Positions 30,198-39,862 of a stretch of 64,000 bases of DNA are shown here, piece by piece. This DNA comes from Ostreococcus lucimarinus (lineage: Eukaryota), in NCBI GenBank assembly GCA_000092065.1, contig CP000588.1; one strand, 5' to 3'. Numbering within the stretch: position 1 is the stretch's first letter; every line of letters starts with the position of its first letter. The notes under the pieces were generated by a model. It saw only the letters and a program-made list of their open reading frames with translations. It had not been told where the DNA came from and searched no databases. Made by a program: the position numbers and the translations under genes.

Positions 30198-31772
30198 ATG
30201 TCTCGAAACGCGAGCGACGCGCACGCGCGGATGGCGCGCGAGCGGGCGCGGATTCGAGCGAAATTGGATAAGACGAAGGTGTCGCGGCTGTGGCGGGCGC
30301 CGACGGGGGAGACGCTGGATCGCGTGACGGGGCTGGAGGTGACGGTGAGCGGTGAAGCGCTGCGGCGCGTGATGCCAGGGAATGGATACGTCGAGAATAG
30401 CACGCTCGCGGCGGAGCTGCGGGCGGCGGAGGCCAAGGCGGGGGCGCTGCGGGACGGGTTGCGACGCGCCGAGGCGGATCTCGCCGAGCTGAGGCGGGCG
30501 AGCGCGAACGGAGCGACGACGTGGCCGTTGAGGCAGCCGGCGGTGCAAGCGAGCGATCCAGACGAGGTTCGACGCGCGGGTGCGCGACGAGGGACGGCGG
30601 CGCTGCGGAAGTTGTCTCGCGCGCGGTCGTTGTCTAGTAAGAAGCGAGGAGGTTCGTCGACGGAGACGACGACGGAGACGACGACGGAGACGACGACGTC
30701 CACCTCGACCGCATCGGTGCGCGAGGTGGTGAGCAAGTTCGTGCGCGATACGCCGATACCAGAGGGTATGACCGCGGCGCCGAGTGATAGCAAATTGCCG
30801 AAACCCATATTCGTCGTGAGCGATTCGACGGGCGCCACGGCGACGCAGGCGGTGCAAGCTGCGCTCGGCCAATTTGAAAAGTGCATGGATATTTCCTATC
30901 CGACGAATTTAGAAGTTTTCAGATTCATCAACGACAATAAAGAGCTCGCGACCATCGTCGCTCAGGCGAAAGAAGACGGGGCGATGATCGTGTACACGCT
31001 GGCGGAGGTTGAGATGTCAGAAAGCATGGCGCGGATGGCCGCCGCGGCGGGCGTCGACGCCGTCAACGTCTGGGGCACACTTTTGCGTCAAATGGAGGGG
31101 CATTTGGAGATGCCTTCGATGAATCTACCGATGATCAAGCGACCGATTCGTTCGAGCGGATCGACGAACTCGATGTCGAGCGCGAGCGTGTCGGCGGCGT
31201 TGTTGTCGAGCGATTACTACCGTATGATCGAAGCCGTGGAATACACTCGACAGTGCGACGACGGCGCGTCGAGCGCGAAGTGGAAAGAGGCCGATATCCT
31301 CATTCTAGGCATCAGTCGCACCGGAAAAACTCCGCTGAGCATCTTTCTCGGACAGCGCGGATACAAAGTCGCGAATTTACCCTTGGTCCCCGTCAACGGC
31401 GAATTACGAATCCCGTCCTACATCGCCGACGTCGATCCAAACCGCATCTTCGGCCTCAAAATCTCCCCCGACGTTCTCCACGCCATCCGCGCGCACCGCC
31501 TCAGGACGATGGGGGTCACCGAGGCCGAATCCCAGGCCAGGAGCGACGCCACGGGCGTCTCCAATCGCGCGGCGTCGCGCCGCTCCTCCTACTCGGACCT
31601 CTCCGTGGTTCGCCAAGAGCTCGACCTCGCCGAAGCCTTATTCCGGCGAAACCCGACGTGGAAAGTCTTGGACGTCACGCACAAGGGAGTTGAAGAGACC
31701 GCGGCGCGCATCATGGCCGTGATGACCGAGCGTTTCGGCCGCGCCCACGTTCTCTCGCGCTTCTCCGCGTGA
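30198..31772 (+). CDS. PDRP: Pyruvate, phosphate dikinase regulatory protein (PDRP/RP1, DUF299 kinase/pyrophosphorylase) with long N-terminal extension
   Basis: PIFVVSDSTGATATQAVQAALGQF, ILILGISRTGKTPLSIFLGQRGYKVANLPLVP. Start chosen at ATG 30198 inside the 29745 ORF; the true start is uncertain. TETTTETTTETTT repeat at 30661-30696. Confidence 0.75.
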   Translation: MSRNASDAHARMARERARIRAKLDKTKVSRLWRAPTGETLDRVTGLEVTVSGEALRRVMPGNGYVENSTLAAELRAAEAKAGALRDGLRRAEADLAELRRASANGATTWPLRQPAVQASDPDEVRRAGARRGTAALRKLSRARSLSSKKRGGSSTETTTETTTETTTSTSTASVREVVSKFVRDTPIPEGMTAAPSDSKLPKPIFVVSDSTGATATQAVQAALGQFEKCMDISYPTNLEVFRFINDNKELATIVAQAKEDGAMIVYTLAEVEMSESMARMAAAAGVDAVNVWGTLLRQMEGHLEMPSMNLPMIKRPIRSSGSTNSMSSASVSAALLSSDYYRMIEAVEYTRQCDDGASSAKWKEADILILGISRTGKTPLSIFLGQRGYKVANLPLVPVNGELRIPSYIADVDPNRIFGLKISPDVLHAIRAHRLRTMGVTEAESQARSDATGVSNRAASRRSSYSDLSVVRQELDLAEALFRRNPTWKVLDVTHKGVEETAARIMAVMTERFGRAHVLSRFSA

Positions 31773-31933
31773 GCGTCTCGATCCTTCCCCGCGCCGTGCG
31801 CACACAGCCCGCACGCACGCACATCGAACAAATAATCCTCACTGTATGACCAAATGTCCGAGTTTCTTTATTTATCCCGTCACGTCACCGTCAACGCGAC
31901 GGCGGCCGCGCGCGCGTCAGATTCGCGCGCGCC

Positions 31934-31960
31934 ATGTTCGGCCGCCAGCCCGGACGCAGG
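31934..31960 (+). CDS. DNAJA: DnaJ subfamily A, putative 27-nt first exon (MFGRQPGRR)
   Basis: The J-domain exon has no in-frame ATG and there is an in-frame TGA at 32140. ATG 31934 followed by a GTGCGC donor at 31961 is in phase with the acceptor at 32172. Tentative model. Confidence 0.35.
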
Positions 31961-32172
31961 GTGCGCGCGCGCGCCGATAGCCTCGAAGCGCGCCTCGCCC
32001 ATCGCGATCTCGCCGCGGCGCGCGCGTCGCCTCGCCGCGGCGCCCCGCGCGCGATCTCGCGTTCGAAGCCTCGCGAAACTCGGCGGCGGCGACGCCGCGA
32101 CGACGCCCCGACGCGCGCGACGCGCGACGCGGAAAACGACTGACGAACGCGCGCGACGACGAACGCACGCAG
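31961..32172 (+). other. Putative intron of DnaJ (212 nt; GTGCGC donor, CTGAC branch about 31 nt before the CAG acceptor)
   Basis: CTGAC at about 32137-32141. Acceptor acgcag/TCCACC at 32170-32172. Confidence 0.4.
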
Positions 32173-33417
32173 TCCACCGACACGAAGCTGTATGACCTGC
32201 TCGGCGTGAGCAAGGGGGCGTCGGCGGCGGAGATTAAAAAGGCGTACCGCAAGATGGCTGTGAAGCATCACCCGGATAAAGGCGGCGACGAACAAAAGTT
32301 CAAAGAGATCTCCGCCGCGTACGAAGTGCTGAGCGACGACGAAAAACGACAGCTGTACGATGAATACGGTGAGGACGCGCTGAAGGACGGAGGCATGGGC
32401 GGAGGAGGCGGATCGCCGTTTGATATCTTTGAGGCGATGTTCGGAGGGAATCCGTTCGGGCCGGGGGGCGGCGGCGGACGAGGAGGAGGGAGATCTCGCG
32501 TGCGAAAGGGAGAGGACGTCGTGCATGGGTTGAAACTTGGATTGGATGATTTGTACAACGGGGTGACGAAGAAGCTGAGCCTGTCGAAGAATGTGATTTG
32601 CCAAAAATGCGATGGGAAAGGGAGCAAGTCGGGGGCGAGCGGCACGTGCAACGGATGCAGAGGCGCGGGCGTCAAGGTTGTCGTTCGACAAATCGCGCCG
32701 GGGATGGTGCAGCAAATGCAGACCGTCTGTAACGATTGCCGAGGCACGGGTCAGACGATCAGCGAGAAGGATAAGTGCGAGAAGTGCCACGCTCAAAAGG
32801 TTGTTCAAGAAAAGAAGGTGCTCGAGGTGCACATCGAAAAGGGCATGAAGCACAACCAAAGAGTGGTCTTCCAAGGCGAAGCTGACGAAGCGCCGGACAC
32901 CGTGCCGGGTGACATCATCTTCGTCGTGCAACAAAAGGAGCACCCGGTGTTCACGCGCAAGGGGGACGATTTATTCATGGAAAAAGAAATCTCCCTCGTA
33001 GAGGCGTTGTGCGGGATGAAGATGACCGTCGATCACCTCGACGGCCGTCAACTCGTCATCTCCACCCACGAGGGCGAAGTCATCAAGCCCGGTCAATTCA
33101 AGGCTGTATTCGACGAAGGTATGCCTAAGCACACCATGCCTTTCCAAAAGGGTCGCTTGTTCATCCACTTCACCGTCAAGTTTCCGGCTCCGGGCGACTT
33201 GTCCGAAGACGATCTCAAGGCGCTCGAAAAGATTTTACCCGCGCGACCGCAGCTTAGCATTGACATGGAGAGTGAAAATGTGGAAGAGGTTAACATGCAC
33301 GAGGTTGATATGGAGCAAGAAAAGCGTCGTCGCGAAGCCGAGAGCAGACAACAAAGCCAATACGAGTCCGACGACGAAGGCGGCGGACAACCCGGCGTTC
33401 AATGCGCCCAGCAGTGA
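32173..33417 (+). CDS. DNAJA: DnaJ homolog subfamily A (type I Hsp40: J domain, G/F region, four CxxCxGxG zinc fingers, C-terminal CAQQ farnesylation box), main exon
   Basis: ...[35 protein letters not shown]...[41 protein letters not shown]...GVQCAQQ*. Near-collinear with human DNAJA1. Confidence 0.9.
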   Translation, partial: STDTKLYDLLGVSKGASAAEIKKAYRKMAVKHHPDKGGDEQKFKEISAAYEVLSDDEKRQLYDEYGEDALKDGGMGGGGGSPFDIFEAMFGGNPFGPGGGGGRGGGRSRVRKGEDVVHGLKLGLDDLYNGVTKKLSLSKNVICQKCDGKGSKSGASGTCNGCRGAGVKVVVRQIAPGMVQQMQTVCNDCRGTGQTISEKDKCEKCHAQKVVQEKKVLEVHIEKGMKHNQRVVFQGEADEAPDTVPGDIIFVVQQKEHPVFTRKGDDLFMEKEISLVEALCGMKMTVDHLDGRQLVISTHEGEVIKPGQFKAVFDEGMPKHTMPFQKGRLFIHFTVKFPAPGDLSEDDLKALEKILPARPQLSIDMESENVEEVNMHEVDMEQEKRRREAESRQQSQYESDDEGGGQPGVQCAQQ

Positions 33418-33549
33418 GTTCACCATTCTTTTCTCTTCGTCGAGGGGTGAATGTCCCTCGAGTTGTAGTCGAGCGTTGAGTGCGAGTACTGGTGCTATGG
33501 CGTTAGAGTGTTCGTTCTATTTTACAATACGAAATCCCGTACCTATGAT

Positions 33550-34932
33550 CTAATCGCGGAAAAAGCTCGCCGCGAGCCCGCCGCCGGCACTCTTCTTCTT
33601 TTTCGTCTTCTTCGCCGGCGACTCGTCGACGCTCTGGTCGCGCTTTTTGTTTTTGTACACCCACGAATTCGCATCCTTCGGCAAACGACGCGAGCACGAC
33701 CACGACGTCGCGTCCGGGTCCCACTTCTCCACGCGTTCGGCTTCCTTCTTCGGCGGCGCGAACGCTTCGCGAATCGCCGCCACGCCCTCGGGCGTGACGG
33801 GCCACTTTTTCTCTCCGGCTTTGTTTTGAAGAAAAAGTACAGACGTCGGCGCCGCGCTCGGCGTGAGTTGATCGATGCGCGAGTGCTGCCCGCCACTCAC
33901 AAAGGCGTGTTCCTTCGCCTCGAGCGTTGTGTTCGAGACGCAGTACACGCTCTTCGCCAGTCGCATCCAGCCGCGGCTGTCGTGCCAAAGTGGAACGACT
34001 ACGAAAAAGGATAGCGGTTTTTTCGCGCGAGACAAAAGCCTCTCGACGTGACCCGCCAAACGCAAGATGATTTCCTCGTCGAACGGGGGATTACACTCGA
34101 AGCTCCCTTCGCTCGGCTCGAAGTCGAACGCGTTTCCGAGCGATCCGAACGCGCGATCCGTCATCGCGCTCGCGCTGCAAAACTCTTTAAAGTGCGCGTT
34201 GAGCGGCGACGCGAAGAGCTCGCATCGCACGTCGAATCTTTTTTCGAGCGTCTCGAACACGCGCGGCGGAATCGCCGCCTGCATGTTCCCCGCCTTATAA
34301 TGCGTCCCCTGCAGCGTCGCGTACCTCGCCACGACGCAAAAAACCGCGCGATGAAACCCATCCTCGTCGCGCCGCGCGTCGCCGCGCCATCGCGTCTTCA
34401 GCGTCTCGTAGTGTCTCAAATTCAATTCCAGCGTCACCTTCCCGCACGTCAGCGCCACCTTCTCCGCCCGTTTCCCGTTTCCACCCACCTCGATCCTTCG
34501 CGCGCGCACGCGATTCTTCCTCCCATCGCTCGCCCTCGCGCTCGCGTTCGCCCTCGCCTTCGCCGCCGCCCGCGCCAACCGCCGCGTCGTCGTCGCCATC
34601 TCCCCCGTCGTCCGTCCCGCCTTCGCCAGCGACCGCGCCAGCCCGCCGTCGCGCGCGTCGCGTCTCTTCGCGCTCGGGATCGCGTCGCCGTCTCGCGTCG
34701 CGTCGCGTCGCGCGCACAACCACCGTTCAAAGTGCGCGTACCACCGCCGTCCCAGCGCGTCCTCGGTCTCCTCGCGAAACGTCCCCGCGAGCGCGCGCAT
34801 CGCGGCGCGCTCGCGCGCGAGCGCGGCGGGCGACGCCGCGACCGCCTCGTCGACGTCGGCGTCGACGGCGCGGTCGCGCGCGAGACCCTGGTCGGCGCGC
34901 ATGCGCGCGAGCACGGCGTCCACGGCATCCAT
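33550..34932 (-). CDS. PCIF1: PCIF1-like mRNA cap adenosine N6-methyltransferase (CAPAM) homologue
   Basis: AAIPPRVFETLEKRFDVRCELFASPLNAHFKEFCSASAMTDRAFGSLGNAFDFEPSEGSFECNPPFDEEI...SFFVVVPLW...SGGQHS...SVLFLQN aligns with the human PCIF1 catalytic region, including the NPPF motif. ATG at 34930-34932. Confidence 0.7.
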   Translation of the reverse strand: MDAVDAVLARMRADQGLARDRAVDADVDEAVAASPAALARERAAMRALAGTFREETEDALGRRWYAHFERWLCARRDATRDGDAIPSAKRRDARDGGLARSLAKAGRTTGEMATTTRRLARAAAKARANASARASDGRKNRVRARRIEVGGNGKRAEKVALTCGKVTLELNLRHYETLKTRWRGDARRDEDGFHRAVFCVVARYATLQGTHYKAGNMQAAIPPRVFETLEKRFDVRCELFASPLNAHFKEFCSASAMTDRAFGSLGNAFDFEPSEGSFECNPPFDEEIILRLAGHVERLLSRAKKPLSFFVVVPLWHDSRGWMRLAKSVYCVSNTTLEAKEHAFVSGGQHSRIDQLTPSAAPTSVLFLQNKAGEKKWPVTPEGVAAIREAFAPPKKEAERVEKWDPDATSWSCSRRLPKDANSWVYKNKKRDQSVDESPAKKTKKKKSAGGGLAASFFRD

Positions 34933-35040
34933 CGCGGCGCGCTCTGACGCGACGTCGACGGGGCGCGCGCGCGCGCGGCGCTGGACGCTAGGAAATACAC
35001 AGAATTAATTACAGCGATCGCGACGCGCGCGCGCGGCGCG

Positions 35041-35403
35041 TCAGCGCGGTCGAGTCGTCGCCGACCATCGCTCCCACGCGCGCGTCCCGACGACGCGCGC
35101 GCCGCCAAAGTAAAACGTCGCCGCCCACGCGGCGACGACGGCGAACGCGGCGACGGCGAGCGCGCGAGACTCGCGCGCGCGCTTGGCCACGCGCGCGTCG
35201 CGGCCGGGACCGCGGGCGTCGCGCGCGTGGGGGGCGAAGGTCCACGCGTTCAACACCCAGAGCCAAGGCAACGCGAGGAAACCGAGGTAGAAGAGCCCGT
35301 CGGCGAGCGCGCGCGCGGCGGCGCGACGGAGGACGCGCTCGCCGTCGCAGGTGTCGACGAAGTCGTCGTCGGGAGGGGCGGGCGCGGGCGCGGGGGCGGA
35401 CAT
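35041..35403 (-). CDS. PEN2: Gamma-secretase subunit PEN-2 (PSENEN)
   Basis: 120-aa ORF, ATG at 35401-35403. LADGLFYLGFLALPWLWVLNAWTFAP matches PEN-2 [24 protein letters not shown]. Two TM helices. Confidence 0.65.
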   Translation of the reverse strand: MSAPAPAPAPPDDDFVDTCDGERVLRRAAARALADGLFYLGFLALPWLWVLNAWTFAPHARDARGPGRDARVAKRARESRALAVAAFAVVAAWAATFYFGGARVVGTRAWERWSATTRPR

Positions 35404-35551
35404 GGAGTCGGACGCGCGAGGCGACGACTGCGGAGGACGCGAGAGACGACGACGAAGACGGCGAGCGCGAGGATTCGAACGAAGGCGCGAAAGCGCGGGA
35501 TTATGAATGAAGAAAATTAATGCGACGACGCGACGAGGGTCCGGCGCGCGG

Positions 35552-36643
35552 TCACGCCTCGGACAGAGACGCGCGATACGGCGACGCGGTTAAGACGTCG
35601 ACGCCCGTCTCGGTGACGAGCAGCGTGTGCTCGCACTGCGCCGTCCACTTCCCGTCCGCGGTGACGCTCGTCCATCCGTCCTTCCACATCTTGTCTCGAG
35701 TCGTCCCGATCGTCAGCATGGGCTCGATGGTGAACGTCTGACCGACCCGCAGCGTCCCCGGGTCGTTGTTGCGATGATGCCGCACCGTCGGTCCGCTGTG
35801 AAACACCTTCCCCACGCCGTGCCCGACGAACTTATCCACCACCCCGAACTTGGCGTCGTCCGCGATCTGATGAATCGTCGCCCCGATCTTCCTCACCGGC
35901 GTCCCGGGCTTACAAATCGCGATCGCCGCGTCCAGCGCTCGCTCCGTCGTCTCCACCAGCCGCCGCACCTCCTCCGTCACGTTCCCCACCATGATCGTCC
36001 TCGACGTGTCGCCGTGATACCCGTTCAGGTACACCGTGACGTCAATATTTATGATATCTCCGTCCAGGATCACCGTGTCGTCCGGGATTCCGTGACAGAT
36101 GCACTCGTTCAGGCTCGTGCACACGCTCTTCGGAAACCCGCCGTAGTTCAACGGGCTCGGATACGCCCCCGCCGCGATCGTCATCGCGTGCACCGCCTCG
36201 TCGATGTCGTTCGTCGTCGTCGTCCCGGGCGTGATCATCTTTTCCGCCATGTCCAGCACCTCCGCCGCGAGTCTTCCCGCGCGTCGCATCCCCTCGACGT
36301 CCGCCGCCGTCGTCTGCACCTGCACGACGCCGTCGTCGTACTCGGGCAGGTGTCCGTCCCTCGCGTACGGCGGCTGCGGCTCGATCGACGCCGGCACCGT
36401 CTTCTGCGGCGCGTACGTCCCCGGTCGAAGCGGCGCGCGCCCGTTGTACCACGTCGCCTCGTCGCGCGCGCGGTCCCTCGCGACGTTGAGCAGGTCGCCG
36501 AGCAGGCCCTTCTTCTTCGCGCGCGTCTCCGTCGCGCGCGCGCCGAAGCGCGGGCGCCGGAGACGGTCGAGCGACGCGCGAGGACGACGCGCGACGGCGC
36601 GCGCGAACGCGAGGGCGTCGGCGCGACGCGCGGCGACGCGCAT
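35552..36643 (-). CDS. MAP1: Methionine aminopeptidase type 1 (organellar MAP1)
   Basis: Pita-bread fold motifs: DIINIDVTVYLNGYHGDTSRT, FVGHGVGKVFH, FTIEPM, CEHTLLVT. ATG at 36641-36643. Upstream ORF extension to 37258 is Ser/Ala-rich and unlikely to be coding. Confidence 0.85.
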   Translation of the reverse strand: MRVAARRADALAFARAVARRPRASLDRLRRPRFGARATETRAKKKGLLGDLLNVARDRARDEATWYNGRAPLRPGTYAPQKTVPASIEPQPPYARDGHLPEYDDGVVQVQTTAADVEGMRRAGRLAAEVLDMAEKMITPGTTTTNDIDEAVHAMTIAAGAYPSPLNYGGFPKSVCTSLNECICHGIPDDTVILDGDIINIDVTVYLNGYHGDTSRTIMVGNVTEEVRRLVETTERALDAAIAICKPGTPVRKIGATIHQIADDAKFGVVDKFVGHGVGKVFHSGPTVRHHRNNDPGTLRVGQTFTIEPMLTIGTTRDKMWKDGWTSVTADGKWTAQCEHTLLVTETGVDVLTASPYRASLSEA

Positions 36644-36791
36644 GACGAATGAAACGATGCGTCGAAGCGCGCGTCGAAGAGTGCGGCAGAAAACGTCGCG
36701 CGGCGGCGCGACGGCGACGCGCGCGCGCGAGGGCGGCGCGCGAGCGAAGGGGGACGTCGCGCGGCGCCCGTCGGACGCGCGCGCGGGCGAA

Positions 36792-38831
36792 ATGGCGCGC
36801 GACGACGACGATTCGGACGATGATTTCGAATTCGATGGCGCGGCGGAAGACGGCGACGGCGACGGCGACGGCGCGCGCGCGTGGGACCCGGACGCGCAGC
36901 GCGACGCGGTGGTGATGCTGATCGATTGCTCGCCGGCGATGTTCGAGGCGGACGCGACGCGCGCGGACGGGGCGTGCGCGTTCACGGCGGCGACGCGGGC
37001 GTGCTTTGAATTCGCGCGCGCGCGCGTCGTCGTGGCGCCGGACGACGTGCTGGGCGTGTGCGCGTACAACACCGGGAAGAGCGTGGGTGGGATAGGGATG
37101 GAACGCGTGTGCGAGGTGCGAAGGGCGGAGAACCCGAGCGCGGCGGGAGCGCTGGAATTGAGCGAATACGCGAACGGGGAGAAGGGCGCCGACAAATTTC
37201 GCGAGCGATTCGGCGAGTTGAAACCCGAGGACGACGATGGGACGGGCGATTTTTTCAATCAAGAGGACGCGCTGACGAAGGGGTTATGGACGGCGTCGCA
37301 CATGCTCGAGAACGGACCGAAGCGAGCGGGGCGGAAGAGCGTGTATTTGTTCACGAACGAGGCGGCGCCGTTGAAATCTGGGAGCTCGGGCGCCAAGTTG
37401 ATTCAACGCGCCAAGGAGATGGCGCAGATGGGGCAACGCATCGAAGTTTTGACGCTCACGCGTGACGGAGTGTTTGATTCATCGATATTTTACGACGCCT
37501 TCACCGCCGAGCACTGCGGGGCGATGGAGGGGGAGAAGGCGCTCGTCGTCGTGCGAGACGGCACCGAGTTGCAGCGCGAGTTTTTGAAGCGGGCGCGAAA
37601 ACGCAGGCGATTGAAACAAACCAAGCTGTGGTTGGTGCCGGGGAAAATAGGTATTCCCATCGACGTCTACGCGCTGGTGAGCGAGGCGAAGAAATCGGCC
37701 AGCATTCTCGTCGACGGGAAGGATTTAGGAGAAATTCGTCGTGAAGTGACGTACAGCGACGCCGTGGGCGCGCCGATCGAAAAACCGACCAAAAGTTTCT
37801 TGGAGATGGATGGCAAGCAGTTGATTTTTTCGAACAAAGAGCTCGGTAAGGTGAAAACGGTGAAAATACCGGGCGTAGAAAACGCAAAGGACACCGTGGG
37901 ATTTCACCTCGTCGGCTTCGTGGACGCCAAGACGATTACGAGAGATTTGTGCCTGAAAAAGTCACACTTCGTCGCCGGTGAAGAGAAAGGGTGCGCCGCG
38001 TTCCAAGGACTGTTGCGCGCGTGCGTGGAGGAGAACAAAGTCGCGATATGCGCGCTTTCGCGCTCGACGCGCTCGGCGCTTCGCTACGTCGCCCTTCTGC
38101 CGCAACTGGCGCCGAGCGCGGATGAAATCGCCGCCGCCGACGACGCCGTCTCTCGCTTGGAACCGCCCGAGGGTTTTCACGTCTTTTACCTACCTTTTCG
38201 AGACGACACGCGGCACCCAGAGCGCGCGGTTGCGTCTGAAAAAGCACCGCTCCCGCGCGCGAATGAAGCGCAAATAACCGCCGCGCGAAGCGTCATCGAC
38301 GCCATTCGTCTCACGCAATGGCATCCCAAGCAAACGCCCAATCCGGCGCTCCAGACGCACTATCGCGTGTTGGAAATGTGCGCGTTAGAGCGCAACGTCA
38401 TGGAACCCGTGCACGACGACACTGAACCCGCGCTGGATGAATGGCAACGCGCCGGCATCCCCGCCCTTCTCGCCGGTTTCGACGCCGAGTGCTTCGGCGC
38501 GTCTCGCGCCATCGACGACTTGCACGGCCGCGCCGCGCCCGCCGTCGACGTCACGGGCGCCACGATCGGCGCGAAGCGCAAAGCCATCGAAGCTCCGAAA
38601 CCTCGTTCGCCGCCCGCGCGGGCGCACAGACCCGAACCCATCATGACCATCGCGCCGCACCACGCGTTCGTCATCGAGCGCGTGAAAGCCGACGCCCTGA
38701 CGTCTCTCACCACCGACGCCCTGAAACGATTCTTAGCCGCGCACAACCTTTCGTGCGCCGGTTCCAAGGCGCAGCTCTGCGATCGAGTCGAATGTCACGT
38801 TCGCATGTGCGCCGGAGACGCACTAGACTAG
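36792..38831 (+). CDS. KU70: Ku70 (XRCC6) DNA end-binding protein: vWA, Ku core, C-terminal SAP domain
   Basis: AVVMLIDCSPAMFE (vWA), Ku beta-barrel region IPGVENAKDTVGFHLVGFVD, SAP LTSLTTDALKRFLAAHNLSCAGSKAQLCDRVECHV. ATG about 36792 after the acidic MARDDDDSDDD. Confidence 0.8.
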   Translation: MARDDDDSDDDFEFDGAAEDGDGDGDGARAWDPDAQRDAVVMLIDCSPAMFEADATRADGACAFTAATRACFEFARARVVVAPDDVLGVCAYNTGKSVGGIGMERVCEVRRAENPSAAGALELSEYANGEKGADKFRERFGELKPEDDDGTGDFFNQEDALTKGLWTASHMLENGPKRAGRKSVYLFTNEAAPLKSGSSGAKLIQRAKEMAQMGQRIEVLTLTRDGVFDSSIFYDAFTAEHCGAMEGEKALVVVRDGTELQREFLKRARKRRRLKQTKLWLVPGKIGIPIDVYALVSEAKKSASILVDGKDLGEIRREVTYSDAVGAPIEKPTKSFLEMDGKQLIFSNKELGKVKTVKIPGVENAKDTVGFHLVGFVDAKTITRDLCLKKSHFVAGEEKGCAAFQGLLRACVEENKVAICALSRSTRSALRYVALLPQLAPSADEIAAADDAVSRLEPPEGFHVFYLPFRDDTRHPERAVASEKAPLPRANEAQITAARSVIDAIRLTQWHPKQTPNPALQTHYRVLEMCALERNVMEPVHDDTEPALDEWQRAGIPALLAGFDAECFGASRAIDDLHGRAAPAVDVTGATIGAKRKAIEAPKPRSPPARAHRPEPIMTIAPHHAFVIERVKADALTSLTTDALKRFLAAHNLSCAGSKAQLCDRVECHVRMCAGDALD

Positions 38832-38881
38832 CTCCGGAACCGACTGTAAACCGACGCGCGCGCCGCACAACGCGAAGCACC

Positions 38882-39862
38882 ATGTCCACGCCCGCGGCGC
38901 CCGAGCCGCCCGCTCCCGAGGCCCCGCCCGAGCCACCGAGCCTTTTGATTCCCGGCCACATTCCGTTTCCGCCCGCGCGCGAGGGCGAGATGGCGGAACC
39001 GACGGTGCAAATCGCGCAGCCGCCGCCGCTGTACCCACCGCTCCCGCGCGGTCTCAAGCCCTTCACCGACGCCACGCCCGAGGAACTGCGCCTCGTGCGC
39101 CTGTCGCGCGCGATTCGAGGGTTCTTCCGCGCGTCGGCGTATCATCACGGCGATCGGGACGACGAGCTCGAGCGCCGCGCGCGCGAGGGCGACGTCTCGC
39201 GATGGCGGGACGAGGAGGCGAGCGGGACGAGCTCGGACGAGGACGATGAAAGGGGCGATAAGGACGACGAGGACGCGATCGATGAACGATGGATACGAAG
39301 CATGCGACGAGCGTTCACGCTGGAGGATTTAAAGGTGACGGATGAGCGGATCGTGCCCAGGGAGATATTAGAGGCGGCGTTCGGCGCGAGGGCGAACGCG
39401 CCGAACGGAAAGGGTAAGAAACGCGCCGCGAACGACGCGAGCGCGAGCGGTGGAGACAAGAAGCGCGGTAAGGCGAACGAAGACGGCGAACGCGACGATC
39501 AAGGGGCGACGGCGTCGACGAAACAGAGAAAGGGTGATATTTCGCGTCTCGAGCGTCTGGCGCGTTTAGAAGAGTCGAGCGCGGCCAAGGAGCTCGACGG
39601 CGACGCCGTCGAGGGCAAGTCGCGCGGTCGTCTCCAATCGCGCGCGAGCGATCGTCAGCGTCGCGCGCGATCGCCGTCCAAAAATGCGCGCGCCGGGGAC
39701 GAGGACGACGACGAAGCCGACGAAGACGCCGTCGACCGCGCCGCGGACGACGACGACGAGCTCGACAGCGACGACGACTACGCCCGCGCCGCCGGTTTCG
39801 ACGACGACGACGGCTACGACGACGACATCGCCGACCACGCCGACACCGAGGCCTTCTATTAG
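38882..39862 (+). CDS. Uncharacterized Pro-rich/acidic protein
   Basis: ATG at 38882. Pro-rich N-terminus, conserved-looking RLVRLSRAIRGFFRASAYHHGDRDDELERRARE, and extremely acidic C-terminus. No family recognised. Confidence 0.4.
   Translation: MSTPAAPEPPAPEAPPEPPSLLIPGHIPFPPAREGEMAEPTVQIAQPPPLYPPLPRGLKPFTDATPEELRLVRLSRAIRGFFRASAYHHGDRDDELERRAREGDVSRWRDEEASGTSSDEDDERGDKDDEDAIDERWIRSMRRAFTLEDLKVTDERIVPREILEAAFGARANAPNGKGKKRAANDASASGGDKKRGKANEDGERDDQGATASTKQRKGDISRLERLARLEESSAAKELDGDAVEGKSRGRLQSRASDRQRRARSPSKNARAGDEDDDEADEDAVDRAADDDDELDSDDDYARAAGFDDDDGYDDDIADHADTEAFY

Noticed and set aside
36042-37262. 406-aa minus-strand ORF overlapping MetAP1 5' region and Ku70
   Set aside because: Out of frame with MetAP1, Arg/His-rich. 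MetAP1 and Ku70 explain this region.
38441-38881. N-terminal 147 codons of ORF 38441..39862 overlapping the Ku70 3' end
   Set aside because: Arg/His-rich and out of frame with the Ku70 SAP domain. The gene most likely starts at ATG 38882.
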